From contig OZ038378.1 in assembly GCA_964036045.1 (NCBI GenBank), forward strand, positions 180,792,001 through 180,856,000: a stretch of DNA of 64,000 nucleotides, given 5' to 3'. The DNA is from Eutreptiella sp. 'Long Island Sound 2002'. Its lineage: Eukaryota > Protista > Euglenida. The notes beneath the pieces were generated by a model, which did not search any database, was not told the DNA's origin, and saw only the letters and a list, made by a program, of their open reading frames with translations. Every line of letters begins with the position of its first letter. Position 1 is the stretch's first letter. The translations under genes were made by a program, and so were the position numbers. This document shows positions 49,810 through 61,231 of the stretch, one piece after another.

Positions 49810-50628
49810 TTACAGCGCTTCCCCTCGTCCCTCCCCCGGCTGCGTGGAGTTCGGCGTGGGCCACTGACCGCCTGCGTGGTAGCCCCAGAAGTTCTCCTGC
49901 CCCGGGACCGCGGGCAGTGGCCCGACGCCAAACGCCGCGCGCGCGCCGCACGCCCTGCTGCTGCTCCGAGGGTACAACAGCAGCGTGTGCCCCCGCTGCA
50001 GCCCCGTCACCTCCAACCGCACGCTGCTGGACCCCGCCTCGGGAGGGAGCACCGCCACCGAGACGGTTGCCGGCCCTGATGGCTGTGTCTCGGTGACCAC
50101 GGACGCGGCACCGCTTGGCAGGGCCCATGGCACCGACAGCATCACCGGCTGTGCTCCTTTCAGGGACTCCAGCTGCACGAAACAGACGGCCCCAGCGGTC
50201 ATCCTTGACGTCACAAGAAAGCCGCGCTCGGCCCGCAGGCGGTGGAACACGGCATTTCCCTCGAAGCGCGCCGGCACTGCCGGGAACAGGCGGATGACGC
50301 CGCGGTACGACTGCAGCAGTAGCGAGTGGAGGACGTCCGCCGCCGCGGCGGTGGCTTCGGGGGAGTTGTTGAGCACCTGCCGCGGCGCGGGGGCGTTGTC
50401 GCCCTCGTTGTCCATGGCGTTGGGGGTGATGGTGCCGAACCGGTACAGCATCGCCGTGACGTTGCCGTAGGCCGCGTCGGCGCGGCCCACGAACGCGGAC
50501 ATCTGCGCCACCATCGGGAAGCTGAAGGTGCTCTGCGCGTGGCCGGTCCATGTGACGTTGTAGAACGTGTCCACGGAGCTCGTGCAAATGGCCTGCTGTG
50601 TGGGGTCCTGCCCGAAGTAGGACAGCAC
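49810..50628 (-). CDS. GH95-like glycoside hydrolase, exon 3 (C-terminal)
   Basis: TTTTCACTGCAG|GTG, phase 0. GH95-type C-terminal motifs LLLQSYRGVIRLFPAVP and LRAERGFLVTS; stop at 49810 if unspliced. Confidence 0.88.
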   Translation of the reverse strand: MLSYFGQDPTQQAICTSSVDTFYNVTWTGHAQSTFSFPMVAQMSAFVGRADAAYGNVTAMLYRFGTITPNAMDNEGDNAPAPRQVLNNSPEATAAAADVLHSLLLQSYRGVIRLFPAVPARFEGNAVFHRLRAERGFLVTSRMTAGAVCFVQLESLKGAQPVMLSVPWALPSGAASVVTETQPSGPATVSVAVLPPEAGSSSVRLEVTGLQRGHTLLLYPRSSSRACGARAAFGVGPLPAVPGQENFWGYHAGGQWPTPNSTQPGEGRGEAL

Positions 50629-53600
50629 CTGCAGTGAAAAGGGGATGCAATGGGCCCAAAGAGTTTACAAAGGACGGGATGTGTGCTTTGGCACAAAGTG
50701 CAGTGGGGCAATGCGGAGGCTGATGTCCTCTGGCTTGAGCCCCCACACATTGCTGGTGGATACCTGAGCCTTCGGGGCTCTCGGTGTCTGCAGCAATTTG
50801 CTTGGGTTTTGGGAATGCTGGTCGCTTTTTGATGAGAGTACCACGTGCCCCAGCCTGTTTTGAAGCAGCAACGCGAGATTTGTGTTCTTGCAATGCTCTC
50901 GTCGAGCATTCTGGCTGTCATCTACATCGAGCCCACACTCACAAAGAATTTTCTGACTGCCTTGAAATGCAGACTACAGCAAACATTGGGTGAATATGAA
51001 ATAGGAACACAAAAGCAACGTTGCAGGAGAATGCCGTGAACCCATCAGCCCCCATGGACCACAAAACGTCCCAACCCCACGGGAGGGGGGAGGGGTTGTT
51101 TGGACACTCACCCACCCAATTTTCAAAACAGCCCTGCGCCCCCCCCCCCCCCCGGCCTGTAGGCCGAACACGAAGCACATCCCTGGCCTGCACCTGTGCG
51201 CAGAGTGCTACTAGAGGTGGAGTTTCACAATGATCACAAAAGTGGGTGGGGGCAATCTGAAGGTGTATTGCCTCCACCTCGAGGGCCACTGCATGCAGTA
51301 CAGGTTGGGGGTCCTGCCAACCCTGTTGGCCCCAATACTTACAGCTAGCGGGCTTCCACCTCATGGGGATCCCTCTGATCATAGAGGAGTCACCATTGGG
51401 CTAGCTGGCCAAGGCAGTGGACAAGCTGTGGAATGTTTGACGCTTTACCAGCTGCACATCATCAAAACACCCATACTGCGCACAGGGTGCTAGCTTTCAT
51501 TGTATCAGCCCCACACTACCTCTACGAGGCCATGCCTCCAGATCCCACCTGTTGACAATGCCTCCAGCGTTCCGTGGATGGGGCCCTGATATGGGCCATG
51601 CGCCAGCCATGCAATGCCCCTCTGGCCATCCTGCGCTCCCCTAGATCTGAGTCACCCCACCTCGACATCCGCATGTGCGTGCGGGACACCCGGGGCTTCC
51701 TGTGGGCCATGGACTCCCACAGTGTCCTGGTGTGCGGGACTGCACAGATGTTGTGGGGCCATGACCTGTCCCCACTTCACGAGTTCCTGCATGGGGCTGC
51801 ACTCCAGGTTCCAGTCCTCCCAACCCATGGACTCCCTGCGCGTGAAGAGGTGGTGCGCTGCCAACCATACAGCGGTGGGGGTGGGTTTGGTTTGGTTTGG
51901 TTTGGATCTCGGCTTGCGCCAAAGGTGGTGACCCACGGCCAGTGTGCCCGTACCTCACCGGCTCGACTGGGTACCCTCCCTGGTTGTCTGGTCTCACAGC
52001 CGCCCAGACTGCTGACGATCCCCGTACCTCGTCAAGGCGCTGACGAGAGGGAGATACCGCCGTGCCTGTATGTGTAGGCGCGCGTGCCGTGGGGGGTCCT
52101 TTGGGGGGGGGGGGGGGCATTCAAGGCAGGGGCACACCTTTTGTCGTTCTCTTGCGGGCTGTGGTTGGCGCGTGTGGGGTGGGGTAGGGCTCCTGTTGGC
52201 AGACGAGCCCTTGGCCCCTGGAAGCCCTCAAGGGATCCGTTGGGGTCGGTGGGACTGGCGGCCTATCCCCACAGGCCCCAGCACAGCTACAGCATGGCCA
52301 GGCGTCTGGAGCACATCCTCCCATCACACACAGAGTGGGTTGGCAAGTTGAGTGCGTGGCATGGCCGCATCCTTTTGGGGGGCCCTGGCCGGGGTAAGTG
52401 CGCCATGCAGCAGCCAATCGCACCTCGGCCGCCCTGAGTGACGGTGTTGGCTCGCCATCCCACAGAGATGGACCGAGTCCGGCTGGCCTCTACCGAGAGC
52501 CAGCGGCTGACGCCTCAACCTGCACATCGCAGCTCAGCATGTCAAAGGGTGGAGCCCTGTCGGAGCTGCATGGGGGGTGGACCATCACAGGACAGGGGTT
52601 CATGTAGGCCTGTCCCAGGAAAGGCAAGGCTTGGGGACTGCATCTACATGGCCGTGTCGTCAGGGATGCTGCTGTGCTTCCACTGGGCCTCCTTGGCCCC
52701 CCAAATCAAAATCAAAATTCAACCCCCCCCCCCCTCCTCTCAACCCTCTTCTCACCCCGTACAATTCTGCGCTCTGCACGTCATACCTAAATGACTCTCG
52801 TTTACAACATGCAGACAGTATCTACAATTAGTATACTGTGCCTACTAGTAGCAGACAGCGTCTGCAGACTACAGATTGGCATCCCCGTGTGCACAGGTAA
52901 ACTTTGGTATCAGACCCTGTTTGAGAAGAGGTGCCCCCTCCCGCAATATTGTCGCGTCTACAACATGCAGATGGTGCCTACAAACCATAGCCAGTGTGGA
53001 CCCCCCCCCCCCCCCACACCCACACGCCCAAATCACGCCTCCAAGGTATGCTGGGGCGACTCCACGTGATATATGCAACTGCCCAAGCGGGGGTAAAGGG
53101 GGGGGGGGGGGCAGGTGGCCAAGGGGGCCTCAGAGCAACTTTGCATAGACTTGAATGTCACAGCATGCCTCTACTATGCTACAATTACACTCTACAACAA
53201 TATTCGCTTTGAAACCCCTTGAACACAGTCCCAGGCAGGGGTCAAGCTGCCAGACAATGAGCGAACGAATCATTTTCGATGAACCAAACACGTCATCTAC
53301 CTGTCCGGTCACGATTGCAGTAACCCCCTCTCAATGCTGAGACTGAGAGAGGGTGCCTTCATGTACTGGCTGACTATTTCTATCACCGTTCTCGTAGCAC
53401 ATGCATGAGGTATTCAAGTATGTAAGACAAGGAGGCAAGATCTCAAATGGTTTCACAAGCGCACACGCACCTGCCACATGCACAGTACAGCGGAAAGCAA
53501 CCGCCAACCATCGACCTCATGCTTTTGTTTTGTGGCATCCGTTGAGTAGGTCAAATGCCTCACGCCATCTCAGTGTGAGTTCCATAGGGTGCCCAATGTG

Positions 53601-53712
53601 GACACTAGTACACCGAGCCCTAGTCCGCCCTCAGTGGGATCCGAAATGGAGCCCTGGAAGAATCATCCAGCGACACAACCACTGAAATACCCCTCACCCC
53701 CGCTTAGAGCAC

Positions 53713-54571
53713 CTGCAAAGGCACAAACGCCAGCAAGTGGTCGAAGTGCCGGTTGGGCTTGCTGAACGGCTTCCCCGCGAACGCGTAGATGCCCGTCACC
53801 GTGTCCGCGTGGACAGGGGTCAGGTTGTCCCGCAGCCACTGCGCCTCGGCCACCATGTCGCAGTCCGCGTGCCCCTGCGCGGCGGCCGGCGCGGCCGGCA
53901 CCCCCGCGAACGGGCCCTCACGGCCCTCGTAGTCCCGGCAGAGCTGCAGGTACACCCCCAGGGCCCAGGTCAGCGTCCCGATGTCGTAGGAGCAGTCCCA
54001 CCCGTTGTCCGGGTACGCGGGCAGGTCCGTGGGGGGCAGGTGCAGGCGAGCGGTCCGCGTCCCGTTGAGTAGCCACGTCGCCAGGGGCTCGTACGTGGAG
54101 ATCCCGCCGCGCAGCAGCGGGAGCAGCAGCGCCCCGAAGCAGCCGGCGTCGTACTCGTACTGGCACTGCGCCCAGACGTCGGAGGCGGTCCACAGCAGAT
54201 TGGCGTCGTCCCCGTCCCCGAGCATCTGGTTGGAGCCCGCGCCGATGGACATGGACCGGCGGTCGCGCGCGTAGACGCCGCCCCGGCGCCGGACGTTGGC
54301 GTTGAGGTGGCCGTTGCGGGCGTTGGCGCGCAGGGCGCGGCCGAGCTGCTGCCCCAGCCCGAGGCGGTTGGACGCCCAGACGGGCCAGAACAGGAGCTCC
54401 GTGTTCAGGTCGTACCACATGCCCGGCCACTCGTCGTCCAGGTACCAGGGGCCCACCTCGTCCTTCATCGGGGCGTCCGCCCTCATCGACGAGGCCAGGC
54501 GGTACATTTCGACGTAGTAGAACCCCTCGGTGCGCGTGTCGGGGAGGGCCACGAACGAGGCCTCCCAATAC
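53713..54571 (-). CDS. GH95-like glycoside hydrolase, exon 2 (catalytic barrel region)
   Basis: TTCCACAG|G (phase 2) to TTGCAG|GTGCTC (phase 0). Motifs YWEASF, FYYVEMYRLASS, GPW...WP..WYDLNTELLFWP, DCSYD, RHFDHLL. Confidence 0.9.
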
Positions 54572-57174
54572 CTGTGGAAGGCACGAGGCAATGAGACGCG
54601 TTTTTTTTTTAAACTCGTGGCCGAAATTCCACCAAATGTCCGCCGAGCATGCGCACAGTAGGTCAAGGATCAGCGTCAGGCCCGGGTTTGGGTTAAGGCC
54701 AGGGTGCCCTATCCTCTTCCCTGTCCGGGTATGGCGGGGTGGCGATGGCAGGGAGGCTTCAGGCGCGGTCGAAGATTTGGGTACTGGCGTTGGGGCAGCG
54801 GTTGCGTGGCGCGTTCTGGCGGTTGAAGCGGCACAGGAAGGGGCGGAGAGGAGAAGGAAGTACACCCCGCCTTTGGTGCTGCGGGGGGGGGGGGGCGTCT
54901 GAAACCAGTGGCACTGCCATTGGGCAGTACCACGTGCCCTTCACGCCCTTCCCCTTTCCTACTTCGAGGTGCCACTCCCCTTCAGGATGACGGTTCATGC
55001 TGCCACCACCGCTTCTGTCAAACCCCAACGGCACACAAACCGTTTCGTAACCGCCAGGCCCTGCTCACACGGGGACGTGCTTAGCCACGGGGGGCTGCAA
55101 AGGCCAGGTGTGGACACGCCAGTGTGCTCCAGCCGCGCCTGCCTTCACGCGGCCTTCATCGCCTTCTCAGTTCCATCGCAGTGCGATAGTCCATTGCTTG
55201 CGTCAGTTCCAATGTGCCGCTCCCGGTCCTCCCTAAATGGGGTAAGAGTGCCGGGCTTCTTGATTCTCGACTTTATCGCCAGGTCATGGTGTACAGTGGA
55301 CTGAGCCTGGGGCGTGGCGTACATGTTGTGTTCCATTGTGGTTCCTCTTATGATTTGGGCGGGCGTGCTTTAGCCACGGGGAGGGGGGGGCGATTTTGAG
55401 GGACCCACCCACCACAGATCTTTGGAAATCCCAGGGACCCAGAAATGTCCCACCCCCACAAAGGGGGGGGGGGGGGGAGCTGTTGAACACCACCCCACCC
55501 ACCCACCCACCCACCCACCCACCCACCCAAAAGCAAAAAAGGGCAAATTTTTTCTTCCGGTGCCTTCAGCGCCAACCCACCCACCCCCTAAATGTCCCAT
55601 GGGCCACAACGGGTCAGGTTTGCTTCACTGCAATTAGCTCCAACCACGCCTGCCCCACGGTCTTCATTGCTCTCAGTTCAGTGTAACAGAGCATTGTTCT
55701 CTGTGCTTGCTGTCCGAGTGTTCAATGGCTGGGGTTGAGGGCCAAGGTCCCTTCCTCCCTGCGGCACTGTACTAGGTCAGCTGTCGACTGTTGGGCTGTA
55801 GGTTGGCAAACATGCAGCCAGGCTCACGCCCGTACGCCTGGCCATGTTTCTATAGGATGAGGGGCGTGCATGCAAGTCAGGGTTCACCAGTGGGCGGGCA
55901 CTTGCTGCTGCTGGTCCCATTCGGCCATGCCCTCCCCCTGTTTGCTGTTGTTGGACCTTGGGCCTGAAGGCCTAGTGGGTACAGGGTGACATAAAGAGTT
56001 ACTAGGCACATACATGTGTGTGTTTGGGTGTGTTAGGCGCACGTCGTTGTTGTGTGGACAGGAGAGAGAGAATTTGTGAGGGGGGTACTATTAGCCGTTC
56101 ACTGGGGTGGGGCATAATTCATCTGTGGCGGCCGCTGTCCGAGCGGCAGCGCACTCGGCGCCAGTCCTGGTGGCGCCAGTTCGAGTCCCGTTGCCGCCGA
56201 TCGATGGGTGGGACCTCCCATCGATCCCTTCGGGTACAGATGGCGGCGTGCGCTGCTGCAGGTGTGTGGTGCCACGATGCGTTTTCTTTTTGGGGCAGGG
56301 GTGCTCTTAGGTGTAAAAAATAGACGAGACCTCCACCCGATCCGCCGGTACCGGCGGTGGCGCAGGCTGCTGTAGGGGTGGGTGGTTCCAACGATGCCCA
56401 CTAGAGAGCTCTACGTGCAGGGGACCCAAGAGCCGCAGCCCCCGGGTATCAAACCCCCGGACTGGACGACTGAAGACTACCGCTCTCGCTATTGGGCCGT
56501 CTATGTCTCTTACCACTATCCTAGCTCTGCCACTTGGTGGGGGGGGGGGGTTCCCGGGGCGGGGTCGTACTTGCGGCCGTGGTGTGTCTCGTGGGTGTGT
56601 GTGTTTGGGTGTGTTAGAACAAGGGTGACATCTTGATCGATGTGACACATCGAGAGCCTTCAGTACCGCAGGTTGATGCTGTGTCCGTGGAGAGAGAGTG
56701 TGTCAGGGGAGTGAAACTCAATCCGTGTAGGCGATCTCGTTGGAGGGGAGTGGGGAGCCGGTGCCCGAGACCGGGCCCGAGATCGCCAGTGAGAGGGTGG
56801 GGTGGAGCGGCCTGTGGACGGACATGGCGCCCTTGAAGGGGGGGTGCAAATTTCAATGTCCACTAGACCACCGCGTGGCCCATGGACTGGAGGCGTGACA
56901 TATTCTGCGTGGCGACAACTGCGTTTCGGTTGTGGAGTGGTCGCTGGCTCTGGGGGGGGGGGTGTTGAGCAGGGGTTGCCCCCCCCCCCCCCTCCCTTTC
57001 TTCGTTGCTTGCCGCCTACCGTGGGGGGAGGGGGGTGCCGTGGTCCCCCACCCCCTCCATTCCTGTCCAGATAGCTGGGGCTTCAAGGTCGGACTCCGGT
57101 TCCGATTCCGACTCGTCCAGTGATTCCCCTCCCGCCAGTGATACTGTGACTTGCCCCTTCAGCAGGGGGGAGCG

Positions 57175-57603
57175 CCGGCGTCCAATGTCAGTCAGCCGGT
57201 CCGCGTGCGTGTTACCATCCACGCCTTTGTGCGAGGGGACGTGCAGCCACTGTATGGCTGTCCCTTGTGACTCAGTTTCGTGCAGCAGATGGGTCCAGAG
57301 GTCCACATGCCCCACTGGCCCTGCCGACCCTTGCCAGTCATGGCGACACCATTTTTGGGCTTTCCCCATGATGCCCTGGACAACTAACAAAGAGTTAGAA
57401 CAGATGAGTGTCCGTTTGGACTTATTCTTGTGTTGGACCGCATGCAGCGCCGCCCTGAGCTCACCTCGATTGTTCGTCTGCCATTCCTCACGGGGGATGT
57501 GCGTTGCGGTGTCCCGTGTGTCTCCGAAGTAAAGCCAATAGCCCCCCACCCGTCCCAACGTGGGATGGTCCTTGGATGATCCGTCCGTATATATGATTTC
57601 CCA
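57175..57603 (-). pseudogene. RNase H1-like domain, probably retroelement-borne, with a D-to-N change at a catalytic site
   Basis: IYTDGS, TNNRGEL, ICSNS (usually TDS), VDLW, WLHVPSHKGVDGNTHADRL. Confidence 0.85.
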
Positions 57604-57713
57604 TCCCGCCTGCCTATACTTGTCCACCAGTACCTTGCGTGACTCTACCATCTGTGCGGCATACACCCACGGGGGTAGGGGGGAGGGTTGGACCCCTATC
57701 CACCCACAATTTC

Positions 57714-59139
57714 GGAAATACCCCCCCCTGTGTGACATTCCGTCTGGTTGTTGCTCCTTTACGGGGCCCTGGACAGTCACCCGTTCTTCCCTTCGTATGT
57801 TGCGTCGGGTTGCTTTCTGTTGGCCGCTGCGGCCAGTGCTCTTGCTGGTCTCGTTTCCGTGTTCGCGGAGCCCAATAGTTGGTGTGTTGGGGCTGTGCTG
57901 AATGTGGCTGGTGTGCTGTTTGCACGTCAGCGGCGCCCAATAGTTGGCGTATTGAGGATGTGCTGGTTGTTGCCGGGGTCGTTTGACTGTTTTTGCTGTC
58001 CACACACCTCTGTCCACAGGCCGTCCGTAGCCTGCCTCGTTGTGTTTCTGTGTGCGTGAGGCCCAGGTGCCCTGTTCCTCTATGCGCTGTCCCGGCTGTC
58101 CACCATATGTCCCTTTCCCCCTCACAGCTGGTCTGCCCCCAATGGGCTCCCGCTCCTTTTGCGCAAACAGCCCATCTCGGCTGCGGGAGACACCACCCAC
58201 CTGATGCTGGTTGAGCAGGGGTTGCCCTGGCACCCGGTAGCGACAGAGCTGGCTGGCCAGGCCATCCCCTTTATTGTCGCTGCCTCCCATGCGCACGCTC
58301 TCCCATCCGCTCCATTCTGGTTCCTTGTTCCCGCTGTTCTGGTTGCCTCTCCTACCTTGCTGTGCCCCTCCTCCTTGTCTGCTGTGCTCGCCCTTGTCCC
58401 TCCTGGTGTGGCTGCCGCGTTCTGTGTGTCTGTGTTGCTCCTCCCCCTGTCTGTTGGCGCTCCTGGGTGCCCGTGTCGCGCACCCCCTCCTGTCCCACCC
58501 GCCTGCCCCCCCTGTACGAGGATTTCACATCTCCGTACGGCATGGACTGTCCCGTGCGCGGTTGGCTGGTCATGGCCCTGTTGCCACCCCCATGGCTGGC
58601 ACCTCCCAGCGCGTGGGGCACAGCCCCCGCCCTTGTGGAGTACGTGGGCACCTTGTAGAGGGAGGGGGCGGGGGTGTTTGCTGATGGCTCGCTCGGCGTG
58701 CGCTGCATTTGGTGGTTGCTGCAGTGCTAGCACCTCATGGTTCCCTTGTGTATTGTTGTGTGTCCTGTTGGGGCTCGTCTCACTGCCATGTGTGGGGCGG
58801 CTCTGTGCCCAAATGCTTTGCTGCTTGCGTTCCTCCCAATTTCGGACTCTTTCTTTTTCTGCTAGCACGTTCACTGCTGCTGGTGTGCGGCGCCGGGGGG
58901 GCAGCATGTCGCTCCCTGCCTCCCATTGTGGCTGGCGGGTTGTCCCACTTGCAGTTGGGTGGTACCAGGGGCACTGGGCACTTCTGCACATGTCTCCAAA
59001 TCTACAAACTGACCTGTCACTGGTGTTTGTTGGGTTTGTTCTGGGGTAAATGTGGTGCATTGTTGCTCTTTTGCTTTCTGGGCTGCTGAGGGGCTCCCCG
59101 TTTGAGGACTTCACTCCGGGCTTTGGAAATACCCCCCCC
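57714..59139 (-). mobile_element. ~1.4-kb dispersed element, copy 2, bracketed by a 15-bp direct repeat
   Basis: GGAAATACCCCCCCC at 57714-57728 and 59125-59139; interior colinear with 37776-39075. Confidence 0.8.
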
Positions 59140-59614
59140 CCCCCCCTACGGGGTAGGCCAAGCAAGGAGCACATCCCTGGCTCAACACCCGATTTTCCAA
59201 CCACCAGTCACTGATTTGGCAACCATTTCCCCAACCCTCCAGCCTCCTGAAGTCCCATCTCCTTCTGGGGCGCTCCCTTTGAGCACCCGGGCGCTGCCAC
59301 CGGGCGCTGCTGGGCAGGTCACGGTTCACCATTAGCCCCCAGGGGGGGGGGGGGGGCGGAATGGCATCCTGGGGTCCTCCGCCTGACCTGCCCACGCCCC
59401 CACCCACCAACATCAGAAAATTTGTCCTCAGGAAAAACATGACATTCATCAAAGGGGCCTGAAGTTGCAGGTCGATTTTCGGTACACGGCCTTGTTTTTT
59501 GGCCTCTGACCCCCCCCCCCCCCCACCCCCCGGGGTATAGGTCACAGTCGCCACCGTGGCCTGCCATGGGGTGCTGCCGGGCGAAGGAGGAGGACAGCGG
59601 AAGGGCGACAGGAC

Positions 59615-60588
59615 CTGGCCCACCACGCCCGGTGCGTGTCCAGCAGGGCCTCGTGCCGGGCCGCGAAGCTGCGCACGGCCCGCAGGGCGTCGGGGCGGGG
59701 GTCGTGCGTCGTGTTGTAGGGCCACATAGCGGACTCGGTGGTCAGATACACCCGCCGCCGCTGCCCGCCCTCTCCCGCCACCTCCTTCACCGCCGTCGCG
59801 AACGTCCCCTGGTCGGCGGTGTCCATGCGCTGGTGGCACACCATCTCCCCGGCGCCCGCGGCCGTGCACGCCTGCGGGGGATTGGGCCGCAGCCCACACG
59901 AGGGCAGCCCCGCCACGTCCCAGCGGTCGACGCACCGCGTCAGCGGCTCCCAGTGGAACGCCAGCCCCGCGGCCTCGGCGCCCGTCGCCCCGACCTCGAC
60001 CACGTGGGCGCGCTCCTTCGCGTGCACGAGCACGTTCAGGGACAGCGTCCCGTGGGTCGTCGTGATGCGCCCTGTGAGGGTCGCGTCGTGCAGTCGCAGG
60101 CGCAGGTGACCCCCAGTGATCTGCCCCGCGGGGGCGATGCGGAGGTACCCCACGGGCAGGCGGATGCCGTCCCAGAACCGGCCTTCCCCCAGGCGCCGGG
60201 CGGAGTAGAGGTCCTGCCGCCCGATCTCCAGCCGCAGCTCCGCCGCCCGGGTCGCGTTTCCGGCCCAGCACAGGCCCCCGCGCCCGACGCCCTGGGGCGG
60301 GGCGTCGCAGGCGTACAGGACGTTGCCGAGGAAGCCGTTGCCGAGGAAGGGAGCCGTGATCCACGACGTGGGCAGGAAGTCCCACCGGCGCGTGGTGCCG
60401 TTCCATGCGAACTCGAAGAGCATGTCGTGGCGGGACAAGAAATTGGGGTAGTCAATGTTGTTGGCCACCAGCGATGGGGTCGGTGGAGGGCCCCAGTCGT
60501 ACGGCGGGCCGAATGGATTGCTGCCTGGAGCACCAAAACCTCTCGGAGCGGTGGCCGCCATAACCATGGCGACGACGAACCACAGCAT
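59615..60588 (-). CDS. GH95-like glycoside hydrolase, exon 1 (signal peptide and N-terminal domain)
   Basis: ATG at 60588 (MLWFVVAMVMAATA...). Motifs FLSRHDM, PTSW...FLGNGFLG, LEIGRQD, RLPVG, HRAWWAR; donor GCCAG|GTCCTG, phase 2. Confidence 0.88.
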
Positions 60589-60633
60589 GTTCACAGTGTG
60601 GCAAACTAGGGAACGTCCAGGTGTACAGGGCAG

Positions 60634-60677
60634 AAAATCGTGTCCACCAGGGTTCGAACCTGGGACCTCTGGGTCCA
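60634..60677 (-). other. tRNA 3'-half-like fragment (T arm/B box plus TTTT), possibly SINE-derived
   Basis: AGGTC-CCAGG-TTCGAAC-CCTGG followed by ATTTT; no D arm or anticodon arm upstream. Confidence 0.55.
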
Positions 60678-61231
60678 ATAGTGTGGAAATGCAGCACAGA
60701 GCAAAAGAGAAACGTGGTCAGCAGAACATTCCGTATGGCAAAAAAAAAAGGCCACTGAGATGAAGGCAAATGTGTGTTGCTGGTCAAAATAATGATTCCT
60801 TGAACACTTTCCACACCTTCAAAGTTGTACGTTGTTCGAATATGGGTCGGTCTGCTGCAATCACGGGATGTCTGTGACTCTATGTCCCAGTCCCACCATC
60901 CCTGTGCCCAACACCCACCTGCGCTTGTTCCCCCAGCCCCACTGCCACTGTTTGCCACACCCTTTGCTTCTGTGCTTGTATTTGTACACCCATATCTCTT
61001 AGGGACTGATTATGCCAACTGTCTGGGTTTTCGGGGGTCGGTGCCATTGTTGCCTCATTTGTGCCCACTGAGTGTTCCGGAGGTAGGGGCATGTGGGGTA
61101 TATTCGGAAAGCCCTTGAAAAGGGCTATTTGGAACACCCTGGGTCTGCATGCTGTACTGACGACATGTTTGACATTTTTGTCCGTTTCGGGCGGTGCGCT
61201 TGCTGCCTCTTTTTTTCAACAGGCAGCTGCC

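Noticed and set aside
45122-49870. Fusion of the GH95-like gene to the downstream genes as one transcript unit
   Set aside because: The candidate donor near 49869 is phase 1, while the acceptors before 45652 are phase 0 or 2, and each downstream gene begins with its own signal-peptide-like sequence. Not formally excluded.
1-60588. Euglenid-type non-canonical (non GT-AG) introns
   Set aside because: All junctions I could resolve are explained by GT-AG with matching phase, so none is needed.
59111-60609. Long overlapping ORFs (431 aa minus, 347 aa plus) as separate genes
   Set aside because: They are shadow frames of the GC3-rich GH95 exon 1, Arg/Pro/Gly-rich with no motifs. The same applies to alternative frames over the other GC-rich exons.
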